A stretch of 64,000 bases of DNA from Curvularia clavata (taxonomy: Eukaryota): the NCBI GenBank assembly GCA_023920165.1, contig CP089277.1:2108001-2172000 (forward strand), in the 5' to 3' direction. Within the stretch, counting starts at the first letter, position 1. Each line of letters opens with the position of its first letter. Below, piece by piece: positions 60,957-64,000 of this stretch. The translations under genes and the position numbers were made by a program. The notes under the pieces are model-generated. The model was not told the DNA's origin. It did not search any database and was given only the letters and a program-made list of their open reading frames with translations.

Positions 60957-63339
60957 ATTTTCGTGGTCAAGAAGCAAGTTGAGATAAGAAAATAAGGAGC
61001 AATCAGGTAAGTAATTGGAGAATTGAGAAGATTCAGTGAGAAAAGAATAGAGACTGGATGTGATGCTTCTGATCTCTACATATCCCTTTCTCTTTATATA
61101 TAATTTGACTTCGATTGCTCTAATCCCAATTCCAGCAGCTGTTGCAATTACAGTTTCTATTTCCACCAGGATTTGGAAGTCAGTCTATCCAAGCCACCCA
61201 ACGTGGAATCAAGCGGATGTACAACCTTGTCTAACTGTAGTTCTCAATTGCACATACACAGATCAATACTAATGAGGTTAAGAGGCAGGTCTAGCCCCAG
61301 CGGTACTAGGGGCCCTGGCTCCAAGGATGACATCAACCAGCAATTCTGGAACATCTAGACAAGGTATTTCGGGATATCTGGTTTATTGTCCCTAGTGATT
61401 ATGTCGGTGAAGCTGACAGCAAGAGATGGCCAATAACAACTATCACTAATCATTATCATTCTTCGCAGAATAGGGGGTTGTGCTCTTGTCACCGCTACCC
61501 TGTGAGGCTTGTCACTGACGAGCATGAACACCATGTAGCTCCGGAAGTCCAAAGTGATGTCAAGCTGATGGTAGTACATATAATAGATACAGGTACTGTC
61601 AGTGAAGGATAGTCAGGTCCATCCAATCTGTATGTCAGCACGGAGACAATACATATCTTGCTAGCTTAACTTCATTAGGAATGGGTGTCTATTTGTCTGT
61701 TTATTTGATTGAATTAACATCCTATCTAAAACCTCGCATGGGATATGTAGACGAATATGCCTAGGGCTTACATACTTGGGAATGGATGTCGGTAGTTAGA
61801 ATAGCCAACCAGATTGCTTCAAAGTATTGATTGTCACTCTGAGAATCTCATGCAAGTCGGTCAAACAATGAATCGCAACTGCCGAGTGGAACTGGCTTTA
61901 CAATAGTTCGCGGCATGCATTATGGGATACCAAATGTGAGAATGCTGAACAGGGCGTGCAGAGTATAGTTTACTTCAGGTAATCCAAGGGACCAAGAGGA
62001 CAGTGATTGGTGTTGAAAATGACTTGATCAGGTATTGAATCAAAACCATCACATCTGAAGTTAGTCGATCGGGGCCTAGACCACGCCTGCAAGGTCACTT
62101 TTACATCTTCTCAAGACTCTAAATTATATGTACATATGTGTGGCAACAATAGGGGTCGCAGAAACCTCGGTCAAGTAGCTGTTCTAAACTGTCAGAAGGT
62201 CTAGATCTCATGTCGGATCATATTCAGCTGCCGGAGATATGCGGACTATTTTCGGAGAGATACCCCTGGATCGAGGCGGAAACCTTACGGAGTGACCTCC
62301 GTACCACGTAGGTCGCAACGGAGGATCTGATCTCATATTTCCAACCGCCACTTAGCAGGGATCAACGGCGGTTACGCGGGCAGATGTCAGTTTTGGAAGG
62401 TAGGCCTTACCAAATGCGAAACCCGGGGCTAATTCTGTCTTCGCCGCAAGGCGGAATAGCTAGTATGAATTTCTTTAGCGTGGTGTTCTTACATTCTCCC
62501 ATGTCAAGTCCCGTGATGACTTTGTGCGATGCAGAGTTCCGTGATTGACTTGGGCTTAGAACGGGCAAAAAATTGATCTTGAAACCCACATAATTGCTGT
62601 GCTGCTTGTCTGAAAACAAGAGATAACCAAGGGGGGGTTAATTTTTCGGTCCTCCCGATGATGTACACTCCCATCAGGGCTGACATCGCTTTAGCCTTTA
62701 ATAATACAACCGAGGATTATTACGCGACACCTTGACGAGAGTAGTATATGGGTATGTCCGTGATTGCTGACTAGAGTCTTACGATGAGAAACGAATCCAA
62801 GGTTTCAGAATGTATCTCAGATAACATGGTGATACTCTAAGCGGTGAGGATGTCAAGGCGAGATGAAAATCGAGTGGGTCCACAAGAATTGCCCGGCACG
62901 AAGAGTGTATTCAGACAAGGAAAGGCCGAGTTTTGTACTACGCTTTGAGATGCCGATGCGTGAGAAAGCTGAATATCGCTAAGCAGATCTTGGCTCGGCG
63001 TCCTCCATTTACATGATACGTGGATGTCAGAGGGTTTACTTCTGGTGCAATAAAAACACGCTCTTTCAAGGTGCATTTTCAATGAAACAAGCACCAGGTA
63101 AAGCAGAGCTTCTATAAAGGATGCAGAAGGGAGCGTCAACAGGCTCGTGGGCGTACACTCCTACTGAAGGAAGATCGAAATTGAAAAGGACTTACTCTTA
63201 ACTCGACTACCTACAAGCAATTAAGTGCTGTTCCTTAAGATTCCACGCAGCACTCAGTAACATTAGGTCAATTTAGTGGACCTATAAGTGGTGTGTATAC
63301 TGAAATGCCTCCCATCGAAAGATTCAATTCTGTCCACTA

Positions 63340-63920
63340 AGAACTTTTCATGTTCAGCCAGAAGTTTTGAAGTGACTGAGAGGCTGCCATCCTCTCCTCG
63401 GGCAACCATTTTAACATGGACGTGATGGAGCTCAGTGACAAACGCCTGTTCTTCTCTATCAACAGCATGGATTATGTCGCCGAGGGATAGCCGAGGCAAA
63501 AGCACTCCACCAGTTTCCTTCCATTAGGCTGATATAAATTAGCTAGATCTCCGGGATTCGGGGTAGATGTTACTGACCATCGTCGTCAAAACTCTTGCGC
63601 GTAGTTTCACTTCCGTAAATGTACTCGGATGGTCCCAATCTAAGACAGACAACCATCTCGGCGACTTGGTGAGTTTCGGGAGGCTCTTTAGTCTCATCGA
63701 CAGCGTTAGACATATAGTTGTTTTCAAACATATCCCATGTCTTTATTGGCTTAGTAAATCGAGCACGTCCAGAATCGCATAGAACCGGCTGGCCCCAAAG
63801 TGAATCATTGGGAAGACCAAGCTTGTGAGTGCTTCATATCGTGCGAGTGCTGTCCACAACCTTTCTTTGGGTAACATATCTTTGCTTCAGCGTTCGCCCC
63901 ACTCCCAAGATCGGACTCAT
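63340..63920 (-). pseudogene. SRPK-like (CMGC) protein kinase remnant
   Basis: RKVVDSTRTI*STHKLGLP..WGQPVLCDSGRAR (DFG-equivalent), TWDMFEN, HQVAEMV, WKETGGV and SMLKWLPEERMAASQ lie in several frames with a stop. Subdomains VIII-IX missing. Confidence 0.75.
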
Positions 63921-64000
63921 TGGCTTTCGCCAATGTCCTAGATGCTTCAAGCGAGCTATTTATGCATGCAAGTAACAATGTAATACACTATAACATATAG

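Noticed and set aside
60957..61166. Upstream extension of the EFE ORF (MEIETV...)
   Set aside because: It covers a TATA-like (TATATAAAG on the minus strand) and UTR-like region. MANRAII at 60956 is the more plausible start.

Overview
Filamentous ascomycete (Dothideomycete/Pleosporales-like) genomic DNA with a sharp two-compartment structure. Positions 1 to about 22,000 form an AT-rich block of nested transposons degraded by repeat-induced point mutation (RIP). It holds a full-length chromodomain Gypsy element (91-7806) with a solo LTR inserted in it and an antisense Zn-cluster-like cargo gene, and a second partial copy interrupted by a hAT-type MITE. It also holds a nearly intact two-intron DD34E Tc1 transposon with long TIRs, related cargo-carrying TIR elements, and an inverted LTR at the boundary. 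From about 22,300 to 64,000 the DNA is GC-equilibrated and gene-rich: ammonium transporter, small PLDc_N-like membrane protein, MFS pseudogene divergent from a Zn2Cys6 factor, PL1 pectate lyase, PflX-type radical SAM protein, But2-like secreted protein, MDR enoyl reductase-like enzyme, AA16 copper enzyme, CYP504-type P450, GT2-like protein, mitochondrial RNA polymerase, a 2-oxoglutarate-dependent ethylene-forming enzyme (EFE) homologue with a likely mitochondrial presequence, and an SRPK-like kinase remnant. The main points of interest are the EFE with its CGGA-dense upstream element, the antisense intron-bearing gene inside the Gypsy element, and the intron-containing Tc1 transposase broken by one RIP-type stop. 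All family calls come from motif recognition by eye; no searches were run.
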